Assembly: GCA_016748015.1 (NCBI GenBank)
Contig: JAAOMT010000586.1
Coordinates: 62,001-126,000, forward strand
Source of the DNA: Geosiphon pyriformis uo1
Taxonomy: Eukaryota; Fungi; Glomeromycota
DNA: 64,000 nucleotides
Direction: 5' to 3'
Under the pieces are notes generated by a model. It did no database searches. It saw nothing but the letters and a program-made list of their open reading frames with translations, and had not been told where the DNA came from. Below, piece after piece: positions 30,241 to 42,633 of this stretch (the stretch's first letter is position 1; each line of letters opens with the position of its first letter). The position numbers and the translations under genes were made by a program.

Positions 30241-31899
30241 ATGACTGATCAAGAGATCGCTCCCATTGCAGCAATAACTGCTAAGGAAGGCCAAAGAAAT
30301 CCTTTCGAATTACTCCCTGACGAAATATGGCTCCGAATTTTTATGGAACTCCCCATTCCAGCTTTATGTCGATGTCGTGTAGTATCCAAAAAGTGGAAGA
30401 TCCTCTCTCACGACCAGACTTTATGGCACCATCATAGCAAGGAGATTCTGCCCGCGTCCTTTCTAGCTGAATTAAAACCCAATTGTACAACTGAAGAGAA
30501 TAATTCTGGGGAAACCAACCAGAATGACAGCAGTTTTAGTGTTTGCACTGGGTGGGAAAGTATTTTCCGCCTTTATGCCATTACTCAAAAAAACTGGGCG
30601 ACCTCTACAGCTGTGCGAGTGACCTCTTTCAAGGCTCATGATCAACGTATAACAGTTCTCAAGTTAAAAGGTAACTTGGCAATTACTGGTAGCAGTGATA
30701 ACTATTGTCGGGTTTGGAACGTTCGCACCATGACACGTCAAATGGAAGTTGATGTTGGAGCAGACGTCAATTGCATAGATTTTTTAGTTGAAAAGGACAT
30801 CCTTGTCTGTGGATCCTATTATGGGTAATATATTCTATGTCTTTTTAACTCTCAGCTGCCCTAATCTCCTCTTTTAATTTATCACAAGATATATGCACAT
30901 CAATTCGAAATTTAATTTTTTATCTTAAAAATAAATGATAGGGAATTCGCATACAAAACTTTTTCCTTGTCCCGTGGAAAATGCCTAGGTCAGTTCAGAG
31001 AAAACCATTGGGTAGGCACCCAATGTATCACGATTAATCAAGATTATATTGTTTTGGGCTCTCATAATGGAATTGTTTATGTGATTGCCTGGGCGGATGG
31101 CAGAAAGATTGCAGTTTTTCATGTGCATCGAAATCCGGTAATTATAAAATATGCTCGATAAATCTTTTGATCAAAATTTTTTTTAATATTCAATATTTAG
31201 GTGGCGGGCGTTAGGTTAATTGGTGAAGACACCGTGGTGTCCGTATCTACTAACGGTGCCATAGATACATTCAGCATACGGGAGAACACTCGCCTTCACC
31301 AATATTCAATTCCCAACAATATTTCCGTCTGCGTGACCGCGTTTGACGAACATGGTGACGGGCGAAATGTTATGTGTATATCACCAACAGGAGCAATCAT
31401 TCATTTACAATGGTCTGATATTTCGATAAGTGGAAGCAGTGAAAGAAAAGGATCAAAAGCTTTGTGTACCGAAGATCTACATCAAATTTTTTCGCAAGAT
31501 CCCATAATTCATTATCTCAACACACAAATATCTTATCGTATCCTTTGTGCCGCAATGGACGGTAAGTTTAATAGAGGGGTAATTGGATCATGTCTGGCTT
31601 GGCCCCCAAAAGGTGGGGTATTAGTCTATGATTTTGAGAAGGGTCTCGGTGGAACGGACGGCATTCAAGGCCCAAATGCAGAAGAAGATCCACTGGCGAT
31701 CAATAGAGACCATGGTGAATCGCATCCCGTGTTCACAACATTGGGAATGGATATTGAAAAAGTAGTAGCGGGATGTTCCCGTGGTTGGGTCTACTGTTTT
31801 GAATTTGTGGGCGAGATAAAGGATGGACAAGAAGCCCACGAAGGGTATTCAGTATCACGACTCTCACCCACAGAAATATTGGAGGAGGTTTATTTATGA
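30241..31899 (+). CDS. F-box/WD40-repeat protein (three exons)
   Basis: F-box LLPDEIWLRIFMELPIPALCRCRVVSKKWKIL followed by WD40 repeats (AHDQRITVLKLKGNLAITGSSDNYCRVWN). GT-AG introns at ~30825-30941 and ~31138-31200. Confidence 0.9.
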
Positions 31900-32028
31900 A
31901 TTGTTTATTTGTGCTTTTAAGTTTCTTGGCATATTTTTCTACTATTCAAGATTTTTACCATCATATATTGGACCATTCTCATTTTCTTTAATCTCGTCTG
32001 TAATCATAAGCTCATATATAAGATTAGA

Positions 32029-35000
32029 TTACTCAGGAGCAAGAGTTTCATCAATGAGCAATAATCTTGTCCGATATTTTCCATTTATATTCAAGCTTTC
32101 TCCTAAATGACAATATGTCTCTTTAATAGGCAGCAATCCAAGTTCTCTCATTTCGTGATAAAGCTTCCACGACATTTCTTCATTCTTGACCTTTGACCAC
32201 CCTGTAATTAAACTAGAGTAAACGCAGGCATCCGGCTCCAATCCACATTTTTTCATTTGACCAAAAAACTTGAGAGCTTCATTAATTTGACCGAGATTGG
32301 CATATCCTTGAATCAACGTAGCATAGGTAAAGGCATTGGGCAACACTCCGTGTTCAACCATATCTTTCATAATTAGCAGGGCACGGTTCATATCTTGAAA
32401 GCATCTGGCAAACACCGATATAAACATCGAGAATGTATATACATCAGGATGAAGAGCTTTTTTAATTTTATTACCAGGAATGGGAATGGTGCCCTGAATT
32501 TGAGTTGCATCCTCACCATCAAGAATGGGTTCGGCTTCTTTTTTCTCTTGTTTTGCACTGAATTTCGAAAGAAAATTATTATATATACGTTCTACTGCAC
32601 CAGGATTATTGGTCAATCTCAGTTCCATGGATGTATACGCATTTAGGGTAAAAATATCGGGGATTATCTTTGTCGGGGAGGAACCGTCTGTATCAAATAA
32701 GTTGAAGTACAACTCTCGGGCACTAGTTATATCTCTCTGAGAAACGTATAAAAAGAATAAAGAATTGGCTACTAATGCATCAGGATTTATTCCTGCGGCG
32801 AGCATCTGACGGTATACTTTGTAAGCACCATCAGCGTTCCCCTTACGAATGTATCCGTTCATCAAGATGGAATATGTGTAAATATCTGGCAATATTCCCT
32901 GAGAAACTATTTTTGAAAAAAGTGAGTGTGCTACCCACATATCATACTTGAGTACGGCATTGTGAAGGATAATGTTATAAGTTACAATATTCGGTTGGAT
33001 CCCCCCCTTCTCCATTGCTTTTAATATATTCTCCGCTTTGTCAATTTGCCCTTCCGCCAGATATCCATTGAGCAAAGTACTAAATATTTGGACACCAGGA
33101 GAGATTCCATCTTTTATCAAATTTTCAAAAGTTTCATATGCTTTGTCCACTTTAGAAGCTCGCACATAACCTTTCATCAATGTGACATAAGTCAGTTCAT
33201 TTGGCCGAACATTCATTGCAATCATAGAATTGTAGTATTTCTCTGCTTCTTGCATATCGAGATGTTTCCCGCAGAATCCATCGATAAGGCTGGTGTATGT
33301 AACGACATTAGGTTCAACCCCCTGAGCCAGCATATTATTGAATAACTCAATTGCCTCAGACACTTCCGAGTTTTTCGTTAAAAATGACATCATTTTGTTA
33401 CACGCAAATAAAAGAGACTCGTCAATAATACTCGTCGTTTTCGAAATTTTGAGAATGTGGTGATGATGAAGCCAATCTTCCAATATTTTCTTTGCTCGAC
33501 AATAGTCAAGAACAGAATTTTGCAGACAGCCGAAGAACATGAATTGATAATAATTGCATCTAATAGGAGTAATTCTTTGAGCTTGCAAAAATTTATACAG
33601 TTCAAACGCATCTGCTAATCGAGATTTCGTCGCCAGTTGTTTGAATAGTTTTTCGCAAGCTGCTTCAAGCTTATCATAGAGGTTTGGGTTTAAAGACTTG
33701 CTCAAAATGCTTGAATTCTTAAGGCAAACCTCAATAATAATCTTTACGCGATCAAGATCGAGAAAAGATGCTTGGTCAAACGCAGATATTAATGTACCAT
33801 AGATTGAATGATTGGGCCTAACATTTTGATTAGCCATATGTTGGAATATCTCAAATGCTTTAGACCAACGAAACATACATGCAAAACAATCTATTACCTT
33901 CGAACATGACTCTACAAGGAGCAATTCATGAAGACTTTTGTTCTGCGAGCCCATTAAAAGACTTTGATGATCCAGCCAATCATCCAAAATATCCTTCGCA
34001 CGAAAGTAATCCGGCCTTGATGTTGATGTCACAAATCGACTAATAAGTGTCTCGTACACAACAAAGTTTGGTCTCACATTCATTTTTATCGTATGTTTGA
34101 ACAGCTTAAATGCCTCTGAAAGTTTATCCCTCTTCACCAAATATTGAAGAACCGTACTAGCGGCAGTTGGAAGATAATACCCATCTTTATTGTATATGTC
34201 CCACCCCTTCAAAGTTCGTTCATGACGCTGTTTTAGCCAATACTTGAAAATTGTAATAGCTTGAGTGTGATCAGGCGACCGGCAGAAATTATAAATTAAA
34301 TACATTTTAACTTCGAGAGATAGATGAAAATTTAAATTTTGGCATATTAGTGTGTATATGTAAAATGATTCATCAAAATATGAATTTTTCACTAAACGTT
34401 GCATCAAAATAATTGAATTCTTTTGGTCAAAGGAGTGGGGAATGATTTTTTCCAACAATCGGTAAGTTTCAAATGCTTCGAAGTAATAAGACTTATTCAT
34501 TAACCGTTTGATCAATAGCCAACATGCTTGATAAAATGGATCTTTGTAGTAATTCGGAAAATCAAGCTTGCTCTTGCTCATCGTACTAAATATACTTGTA
34601 ATTCTTCCGGGTTTGTCTTGCCCCGAAAATTCAAGCATTAAATTAACATAAGTCTGTAATTGTATAGGATGTCCCAATTTCACCATTTGCTTGTACACAC
34701 CATAAGCAGATTCAACGTTTTGAGTTTGTAAACATGTCATGATAACTTTTTCAAAGAAATTTGGAATTGAAGAAATTTCTAGTTCGAAATTTTGAACATA
34801 TACTGAGATTAGCTCTGCAGCTTGAGCAGAGTCATTGTAAAGGCCAACTAATTTAATAAAAGTGAACTCCTCTTTTGCTGCTTTGCTTTTCATTTGATTT
34901 CTAATGACATCAAAATGTTTTATAACAGAATCGGGAACAAGAAGAAGGCTCACAATCTTTAATAAAGCTTGAGCCTCTTTCGCCGTTATCAAATGGGAAT

Positions 35001-35499
35001 ATCGATCTTGAACTAGTTGGTGGAAGGACTCTATTTGTTGCAGACGTTGCTTTGCTTCCAAAGAGTCTTTTGCAAGTAACCCTGTTTGCAAAAGTTCAGA
35101 AAACTTCACGAATATGAAAGGAGAAGTCTCAGTCAGGTTCTGGTCTTTTAAACTTTCATCAGCAACTGCTGACGATCGAAGTTCCCCTAGTTTAGCTATC
35201 TGAATGTTTGTCAAAGATGTCACGGCTGAAAATCCTCTGCTCGTCTCTATCTTTTTTGACTCTTTCACCCATGAATTTACCAAGATTTTGGAAAAAAGAC
35301 GTGTCGGAAATTCCTCCAAAAACGGCAAAGTTGCCCAAAACCCAATTTTCCATGGCATATAGGCAGTTCTCTGCCCTTGATTATTTTGTCTTCGAATAAC
35401 TAGGGAATGAGAGCCACACTCTTTCATGTGAACTTGAGCTATAACACGTAGTGCCTCGCCAATCACTGAATTATAAGCGGCTTGATGTACCGACTGCAT
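32029..35499 (-). CDS. Intronless pentatricopeptide-repeat (PPR) protein, ~1150 aa, probably a mitochondrial RNA-binding factor
   Basis: Canonical 35-aa repeats: PNVVTYTSLIDGFC, PNELTYVTLMKGYV, PDIYTYSILMNGYI, PNAFTYATLIQGYA. First in-frame ATG at 35499. Confidence 0.93.
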   Translation of the reverse strand: MQSVHQAAYNSVIGEALRVIAQVHMKECGSHSLVIRRQNNQGQRTAYMPWKIGFWATLPFLEEFPTRLFSKILVNSWVKESKKIETSRGFSAVTSLTNIQIAKLGELRSSAVADESLKDQNLTETSPFIFVKFSELLQTGLLAKDSLEAKQRLQQIESFHQLVQDRYSHLITAKEAQALLKIVSLLLVPDSVIKHFDVIRNQMKSKAAKEEFTFIKLVGLYNDSAQAAELISVYVQNFELEISSIPNFFEKVIMTCLQTQNVESAYGVYKQMVKLGHPIQLQTYVNLMLEFSGQDKPGRITSIFSTMSKSKLDFPNYYKDPFYQACWLLIKRLMNKSYYFEAFETYRLLEKIIPHSFDQKNSIILMQRLVKNSYFDESFYIYTLICQNLNFHLSLEVKMYLIYNFCRSPDHTQAITIFKYWLKQRHERTLKGWDIYNKDGYYLPTAASTVLQYLVKRDKLSEAFKLFKHTIKMNVRPNFVVYETLISRFVTSTSRPDYFRAKDILDDWLDHQSLLMGSQNKSLHELLLVESCSKVIDCFACMFRWSKAFEIFQHMANQNVRPNHSIYGTLISAFDQASFLDLDRVKIIIEVCLKNSSILSKSLNPNLYDKLEAACEKLFKQLATKSRLADAFELYKFLQAQRITPIRCNYYQFMFFGCLQNSVLDYCRAKKILEDWLHHHHILKISKTTSIIDESLLFACNKMMSFLTKNSEVSEAIELFNNMLAQGVEPNVVTYTSLIDGFCGKHLDMQEAEKYYNSMIAMNVRPNELTYVTLMKGYVRASKVDKAYETFENLIKDGISPGVQIFSTLLNGYLAEGQIDKAENILKAMEKGGIQPNIVTYNIILHNAVLKYDMWVAHSLFSKIVSQGILPDIYTYSILMNGYIRKGNADGAYKVYRQMLAAGINPDALVANSLFFLYVSQRDITSARELYFNLFDTDGSSPTKIIPDIFTLNAYTSMELRLTNNPGAVERIYNNFLSKFSAKQEKKEAEPILDGEDATQIQGTIPIPGNKIKKALHPDVYTFSMFISVFARCFQDMNRALLIMKDMVEHGVLPNAFTYATLIQGYANLGQINEALKFFGQMKKCGLEPDACVYSSLITGWSKVKNEEMSWKLYHEMRELGLLPIKETYCHLGESLNINGKYRTRLLLIDETLAPE

Positions 35500-36669
35500 G
35501 AGAAACACGACTTGGGATAAAAAGGTGGCATTGATCACATTCCATCTCTATCCCAATTTTTTTAACATCTATCTTTATATCTATGTTTGTGGAACAAACC
35601 TATTGATAATAACAAATTTATTATGTAAAAAAATCAAGTTTTTGTTCCCGTATTATTTTTTCAATTTCAAAAAATCTTGTTTTATATAATTATTTATAAT
35701 CAAAAAATAGTATTACAATAAATTAATTTTTAATATTATAAAAATTGCAATTAATTGTAATTTATTATGATACTAATTTTTTAGCTAAAATTATTGTATT
35801 AGCTTAAAAATAAAAACTTAAAAGTAATATTAAATTGTTATTTCTCTTAAAATTTTTTAAAAAAATAAATAAACGTATAAATTAAATAATTAAAATAATT
35901 CATTTATTAAATATTGTTATTAAAATTAAATTAAAACTAATAATTATTTACCTTATTGTAATTTATTAAGATGTTTTTATATAAACTTTATTTTCAAATT
36001 ACTTTTTTGTAAAATAATAAATGTAAACATTAAAATACAATAACACAATAATGGTTCAGGCAAAAAATGTTTTTGCAATTTTGATAATAATTGAACAACT
36101 AATCACAGTTTAAATACCCCAAAAATCACAAATTCCAGCATTGGATTTAAAACAACGCGGTTGCTCAAGGATAGTTAAAATTATTTTTGGAACACGAGAC
36201 GCGTTGATATTAGGCTCAGATTCAGATGAAATTAATAATTAAAATTTTCGCATCGTTACACAAAATTCGTAAACATATTTTGTGTAGGATTTTTTATAAA
36301 AGAGTAAGGCAGTGAATCACCGAATTTGATCTCATTCACGTAACGTGTTTCCTTCACCTTTTTCGCGTAAATCTTTAAATATACATTATCCCCTACCTTA
36401 CCCACGGTCTCTTGACGTGAAAACATAAAATTGAATATTTCAAGTTTCGCAATCTATCGGATTTCCATTTCGCGGTAAGCTCTCGTCAGACCCGAGGTTT
36501 GGCTTCTATTGCGAGAATATATAACATTATCATATTTGATGTTTTGATGAGAGGAAAAAGTTACAAATGTGTTAAAACGTCGTGAGACCATCAATCCACT
36601 TTACTAGATTCCTTTGGTAACTACAAAACGACCTTTACTACAAAAAATCTTTGGGATTTTAACACTTCT

Positions 36670-37990
36670 ATGCGAAAGTCGGCTTTCAAACCTTACCTTT
36701 CTTTGAACCATGAGAATAATTATAACGCAAACACTTCGGGAAAAATAAAAGTGATGGCACCCAGAGTTACTATAAAAACAAATCCTCCAAAAATTCTACA
36801 AGAGCGAAATTTATATAACAACAAAGAATCACAAGAGAATCGAGAAAACCAAGTTAAACAAATAAAAAAGGGTTTGGTTTGGCCTCCTCATATTGAAAAA
36901 GTTTTTCTTGAGGCGATGGTAATTTTTCCAGCGACTGGTGGACGAAAACACGATTTACCCACCGGTAAAGCTTTTGGTCGTAGCAAGGAGGGTAAAGCAT
37001 TGGGTCGTAATCAATTGATATCCGACTTTATATATGAAAAAACTGGACTAAGGCGCACTCCGAAACAAGTTTCTTCGCATATACAAGTACACAAGCAATC
37101 CAACTTTACGGAACAGGCTGAAAATATAAACCAAGAGAATGACGAAAATGCATATTTAAATAATACAAATGATTTGAAACCAACAGTGAAATCTGTTAAA
37201 TTGCCTCGGTAGCATATTTTTATTCATTCCAATTATAGTTAAAATCGCTTCGGAAATCCTCCATTTCCAGATTTGGACATGTATCCATTCATTTCTACTT
37301 ACCAAACTAGGAAATTCATACCTAATAATGCTGATGACAGTCCAAAGCACGAAATAATAAATGGGCATGCAGAGCTTTTAAAAGAAGAAATTTATTTCCA
37401 GCGCTACTATGAAGATGATAAATATCAATACACGTGGGTTTTTATTTTTATCAGCAGTACGCTTTATTTATTGTAAACTATTTCGAATGGCTCTTTTTTA
37501 ACGTTTTAGGCATGTGTGCTTGCCAGACAAGCTGTTATGGCTTTTGCCGATAGGGTTTTTCATAAATATTCCTGGCCAAAGGAGAGTCTTTAGGCTTTTG
37601 TCAGGTAAAACAGCATAATATCTGAGTTCTCATTAATCAATTGATTAATCCTTTATCAATTTATAATAGTGAAAGAATGGCGAGATGTAATTGGGGTCCA
37701 AAATCTTGATGACAATTGGGAACATTGCAGTGCATATACACATGATCCCCATGTAATAGTTTTGAGAAAGAAAAAGGTATTTGGGCAGTTTGTCTTTTTT
37801 CACTTCAAATATTTTTTTGGTTAACATTATTTATTTGGCTTCCAAGGTTACCATTCAGTTAAATGAAAGGAACTCGGATGAAGAAGGAAACACCAAACGT
37901 GTCTTTACCGAGGAAGAAACCGATGTTGCCGTGGTTTTAGCCCAATTAGGTCTATCACCAGTTATTTTCAAACGGAAAAATTCAAGCTAA
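36670..37990 (+). CDS. TEA/ATTS-domain transcription factor (AbaA/Tec1/TEAD family), multi-exon
   Basis: VWPPHIEKVFLEAM...GRNQLISDFIYEKTGLRRTPKQVSSHIQV. Downstream exons were inferred from GT-AG sites, so the 3' end is less certain. Confidence 0.88.
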
Positions 37991-38253
37991 TTAAAAGATT
38001 AAGATTGGATAGATGTAAATGATTTAGAAGTATAATTTTAATCAGAGTCAAATACATTGAAAAAATCACCAAAGATCATGACTCCACTATTCATAAGTTA
38101 TTAGCTATTGAAGTTGGAACGTGGATTATCTCGAAATGGGATTCACCTTTCTTTTCAACATTTTAATTGATTTACACAATCTGAAATGTTTTTTTATTGA
38201 AAATCTATTCATATATTCCTCATCTATTCATTGAATCTTTGTTATTATATTCA

Positions 38254-39127
38254 TCATTCCTCTCCAAGATGAAAAGTTCCTTTTCTCAAAAATTCTCTCT
38301 GTTTTCTCAGCCATGTACGATACTCAGCCACCGATTTAATCTTTTCACCGTAATAATCCGGGGCAGGATTTCGAATCGAGTTCAATGATGGGTCAGCACG
38401 ATTCTGCTTTATATGTTGGTAGAACTCTCGATCGCGCTGAATTGAAAGGTTTAATCAATTTCGTAAATGATGTAATCCAATGCTTTCCGTTTGAAGAATT
38501 ATTTACCTGTTCCATCAACCTAACCTCCTTTCTATGAAACAGCTTCCAAATCGAACTTCCAATAACTGGACCAATTAGAAAACCAGCAAACCCGCATAGT
38601 ATTACACTTGCACCATATATTACCATGGGATCTTGACCTAGAATAGGTGTTGGATCAAGTTCCCTTGTCACTACATAAGAGCAACTAATTCCAAAACCAA
38701 GAAGGGTGGTTGGTATTGTAATCACTCTTTCCATTCTTTTACGCCTAAGGCGAAGCGCAAAATAGTCATTCCAACTCAACTTGCCACTTGTTGTTAGCTG
38801 ATAATTATTTTTCTTTTTTGAAGATAAATTGGGGTCTGGCGTTCGATAAGATCCTAGTGAATTTGGACTTGATCCTGAAGATTCTGGTAAGGTAGATTCA
38901 GAGGAATAAAAGGCTGTAGGTTGTCCTTTTAAGGAGGTAGCTTTCATGGAAACTTGGCTGCGTGAAAATCGGTACTGTATTGTAGCATTGAAAGCGCGGC
39001 AAGATATCCAAGACGTTTTTGTACTTTTATTGTGATAAATTGAATTAGGAAAGTAGGGTTTCCAAGAGCAATTATTGTGCCTAAAGGGCATACAAGCGGT
39101 TATTTTCAGTCGGTATCTTGTGGTCAT
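38254..39127 (-). CDS. PAM17: Mitochondrial presequence translocase-associated motor subunit Pam17
   Basis: Arg/Ser-rich presequence, LSWNDYFALR, two hydrophobic helices (ILGQDP..GFLIGPVIG), and exon 2 REFYQHIKQNRADPS..NPAPDYYGEKIKSVAEYRTWLRKQ. Confidence 0.9.
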
Positions 39128-39374
39128 GTCAATCTTTAAAAATAAATTTGCAACAAAAAAGTAGAAATGTGTAGAGAAAATTTTATCATAATAATAATGA
39201 TAACATAGATAATCAATAATTATCATGTGATTATTAGCCGGTTGCTACTGAATAGCCGACAATTTGATCACAAATGGTTAAGATTATATATCATCTAATC
39301 TTAAAGCTTTTGACGCAAGTAAGTTATTGTTCTTGACTCTAACTTTCATTTTCGTTTTCGTTAACTTAAACAAA

Positions 39375-40258
39375 ATGAGCTGGCAAGCCTACATCGATGT
39401 TAATTTACGTACGTATCAAAGCAACAAATTTCCTTTTAACTTTTTTCTTTACTGTTAAATTCTAAAATGCTTCTACGGTGGAGAATAAGTGACCTTTTCT
39501 CTAATGCACTCTTGACTTTTTGGGTTTTTATTGTGATGTTCGCTATAAATAATTTCTTTGATATAGTTGGTACTCAGAAAATAGTTCAGGCTGCGATTTA
39601 TGGTCATAATGAAACTTTGTGGGCTACCTCCAAAGGTTTCTCTGTAAGTTTTTTAACAATTTTAATCAAAGTTATACGATATAATATTTTTAATCGAATT
39701 CAAACCAAGTGTTTGTGCATTTTAATATTATTCAGTTCTTTTTTTTGCGGAACTCGTCATCTGATTATTTGATTTTTTGATTTTTGAATCTATAGATAAG
39801 CAGTACCGAGATTAAAACTATTCTTAAAGGTTTTGATGAGCCCCAGGGTATTCAAGCAAATGGTTTCTTAATCAACGGCGTTAAATACTTTACAATACTT
39901 GCAAATTCTAGGAGTATTTATGGGAAGCAGGTCAGCAAATAATTAACTTCCTCGAATATTTTTTAAACTATTGACTTGGGTTTTTGTTTATATTCTACAA
40001 TTCCATCATTTATATAATTTGATTTTATCATTTTTCGTCTAAAATAAAAGTTAGCCAATGGTATTGTTGCAGTGAAAACGAAGCAAGCCGTAATCATTGG
40101 AATGTACGTCGAAGGCACGCAACCAGGAGAAGCTGCTTTGATTGTTGAAAAATTAGCTGATTATCTTATTAGCGCTAACTACGTATGCAAAATCTTGGCG
40201 CAAATATTTCTCGAGTTTTTTCACTCTAAAATTCTAACTCATTTTTTATCTTCAGTAA
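39375..40258 (+). CDS. PFY1: Profilin (four introns)
   Basis: MSWQAYIDVNL / VGTQKIVQAAIYG..LWATSKGF / GFLINGVKYF...SIYGKQ / VAVKTKQAVIIGMY..QPGEAALIVEKLADYLISANY. Confidence 0.95.
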
Positions 40259-40634
40259 CTTTTCAACTATGGCCCTTTTTTTTCCCTCTTCAACGCTTTC
40301 GCTGTTTGACTTGCACATGAACGATTTTTTTACGCGTGCACTTTTTGATTAATTCAGCCGCTTTCATCCATTGTTTTTGTTTACTCTACAAGTCGTACAT
40401 GAATTTTTCGACGAATTGGGACTTCTTTGATGCATTTCTGACTAAAGAAGATTGCTTGCAAGTACCGTGTGAACGCTTTTTCTCTATATATATATATTTT
40501 AAATTACTCGCTAATAAGACCTATGATGCAAGGGTTTTAACGTGTGTAAACAGAGGAAACAAAAGAATCGGTTGTGTACAAGTTATTTTATTTATTGTTT
40601 GATAACTTAAGGAACAACCTTAATTTCCTTAAAC

Positions 40635-42633
40635 CTATTCCGATTCTTGTTGCTCCGTCTCCGACTCCGATTGATCTTTTTCTTGCTTCTTTTCATCTGG
40701 TTCCGAATCAAGGAGGCCAAGGCATTCAATTTGTTTTTTCAATGTTTGATTATCTATGAAAAAGGGGAATTAGATCAAAGGGGAGTTAAAGCTAATTCTA
40801 AAAACATTAGGGACTACCTACTCGGATTCCTTTCATAGGCTTTTAAGAATTGTTCTACAGCAATATCATAAGCTTCCAATGCTTCTTCTTCATTTAAAAG
40901 CTCTATTGAAGCTTTTAACATATAGGCATGCCCCAACTTTATCGTGAGAAATATGAATGATTAATTTTTGATTCGCTCAACGATAAAGATAAGATGCTAA
41001 AAACAGTGAAACTCACAATCTCTTGATATATTTCTCCATCTTGGTCGAGTTCCCCCGCTTTCCTCAGCTTTTGAATAGCATCATCAATCGTTATCTATTA
41101 CAATAAAACGAGGGTGAATCTTAGTTTGATAAGACATATTTTAGTAGCATAATTTAAAACTCCTTGATTGTATTAGCTTATTGATATCGTTTAAGCCAGT
41201 GCATTAGACGAGGGTTGGAGCCGAAAACCCACGTAAAAGCAATTCGCCATCGTGATATTATATAAGAGCTGGTCACAAACAGATTTACTTTATAAAGAAA
41301 ATTTTCGAGCCTTGTTTCTTGATCAATGACATGCTTCCTCCTTTACCAATGTGTCTTCATCCTGTTGTTTCGCAGATGTTAATCTAGCAAGGTAAAACAG
41401 ACATGAGCCCCATAATCCTAGAACAAATCCATCATCGTCCATATTCTTTTTGTCGGAGCTGAAATCATAGGCCCCCCGAAGATACTTTATGGCATGGGTA
41501 TATACATTTTTAGCGTGTACTAAATCCGGAAAGATTTTAAATCAATTGTTAATAGCTTCATCTAGAACATAGATAACACCAGTTGTTTGATATTTTATGA
41601 ACCTTGATGAGTGGAGATATTCATTGCTATTGCATATTTTTGCAAACACCTGGCGATGCGAATTGATTCTAAGCTGAACTTTTTCTCGTTATCCCTTCTA
41701 TAAATTGAAACACCCTATGTTGATTGAATAAACCAAAAAGTATTGTGTACTGCGTTGTGCTTCGAATGGGAAAAAGGGATATGTTTAAGAAATATATGGT
41801 TTCTTACCTTGTCGAATGATTCAATTGCGACCTCATAATGATTCAATTCATCTTCATGAATTATATCAGGCTCCTCCTCATTTGACAACTCCTTAAATTG
41901 AGATTCGCGATCATGTTGGGCCTATATTTAATAGTGAAAAAGAATGAGACCGAAGACAAGGAGAAAATAGTAAAGTTAATAATATACAGACCAAAGCGAT
42001 TCTGGCATAGCCAATACCGATCCATGATTCTGCATAATCTTCTTGAATCCTCACTAATTTCTCACAAATACCTAGAGCCTTGAGCTTATAGCTCAAAAGT
42101 TGTAAATATTGGCCAAAGGATAAACAACACATCGCATAGTGATATTTTAACTGCTTCGATGATAGCTTTCCTGTCGTATCTAGACTGCTGGTTGCTTTGC
42201 TTTTTTCCTTATCACTCACTCCTTCTTTTTCAGCTTCTTCCTCACTATTCTCGAGGAGTTTTTCGAACTCTTCCAAAGCGGTCTCATACAACTTTTTTGC
42301 AACACCACCACCACGTTCGTCCGATGCTTCTTTTTCCACTTCTTCCACCGCGAGAGTATAAAGCTGAACAGGGGTTGGTTTTAAAGGAATGATCTTATGG
42401 CTTTCACTGTCAACTTCTTCAGTAAAGTCCAACTCGATTTCACCAACAGCACAGCCAGTGCAAGTGGAGTCTTCACAGTTTGACGCGTGATTCGAGTCCA
42501 GGGAGAAACAAAGTTTCTTTCTTTTATGTGAGAATTCATAAATATTGTTGCTTGAGGACGCGTCAAAAGGTAAAGAAGGGGAGCCATGGTTAGATTCAGG
42601 TGTAGAAGTTTTTCTACGTTTTCCTTTAGACAT
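40635..42633 (-). CDS. TPR-like helical protein with N-terminal NLS-like basic motif and short Cys cluster (possibly Ett1/Nro1-like)
   Basis: Large first exon (MSKGKRRK...CEDSTCTGC...ESWIGIGYARIAL) and further small exons ending LGHAYMLKAS..AYDIAVEQFLKAYERNPNN...ESE*. The family assignment is tentative. Confidence 0.6.

Noticed and set aside
36670-37212. Functional link between the TEA-factor gene and the ATTCC-rich LTR arrays
   Set aside because: Proximity alone is not evidence, and the arrays mostly lack the full CATTCY site. It is kept only as a testable aside.
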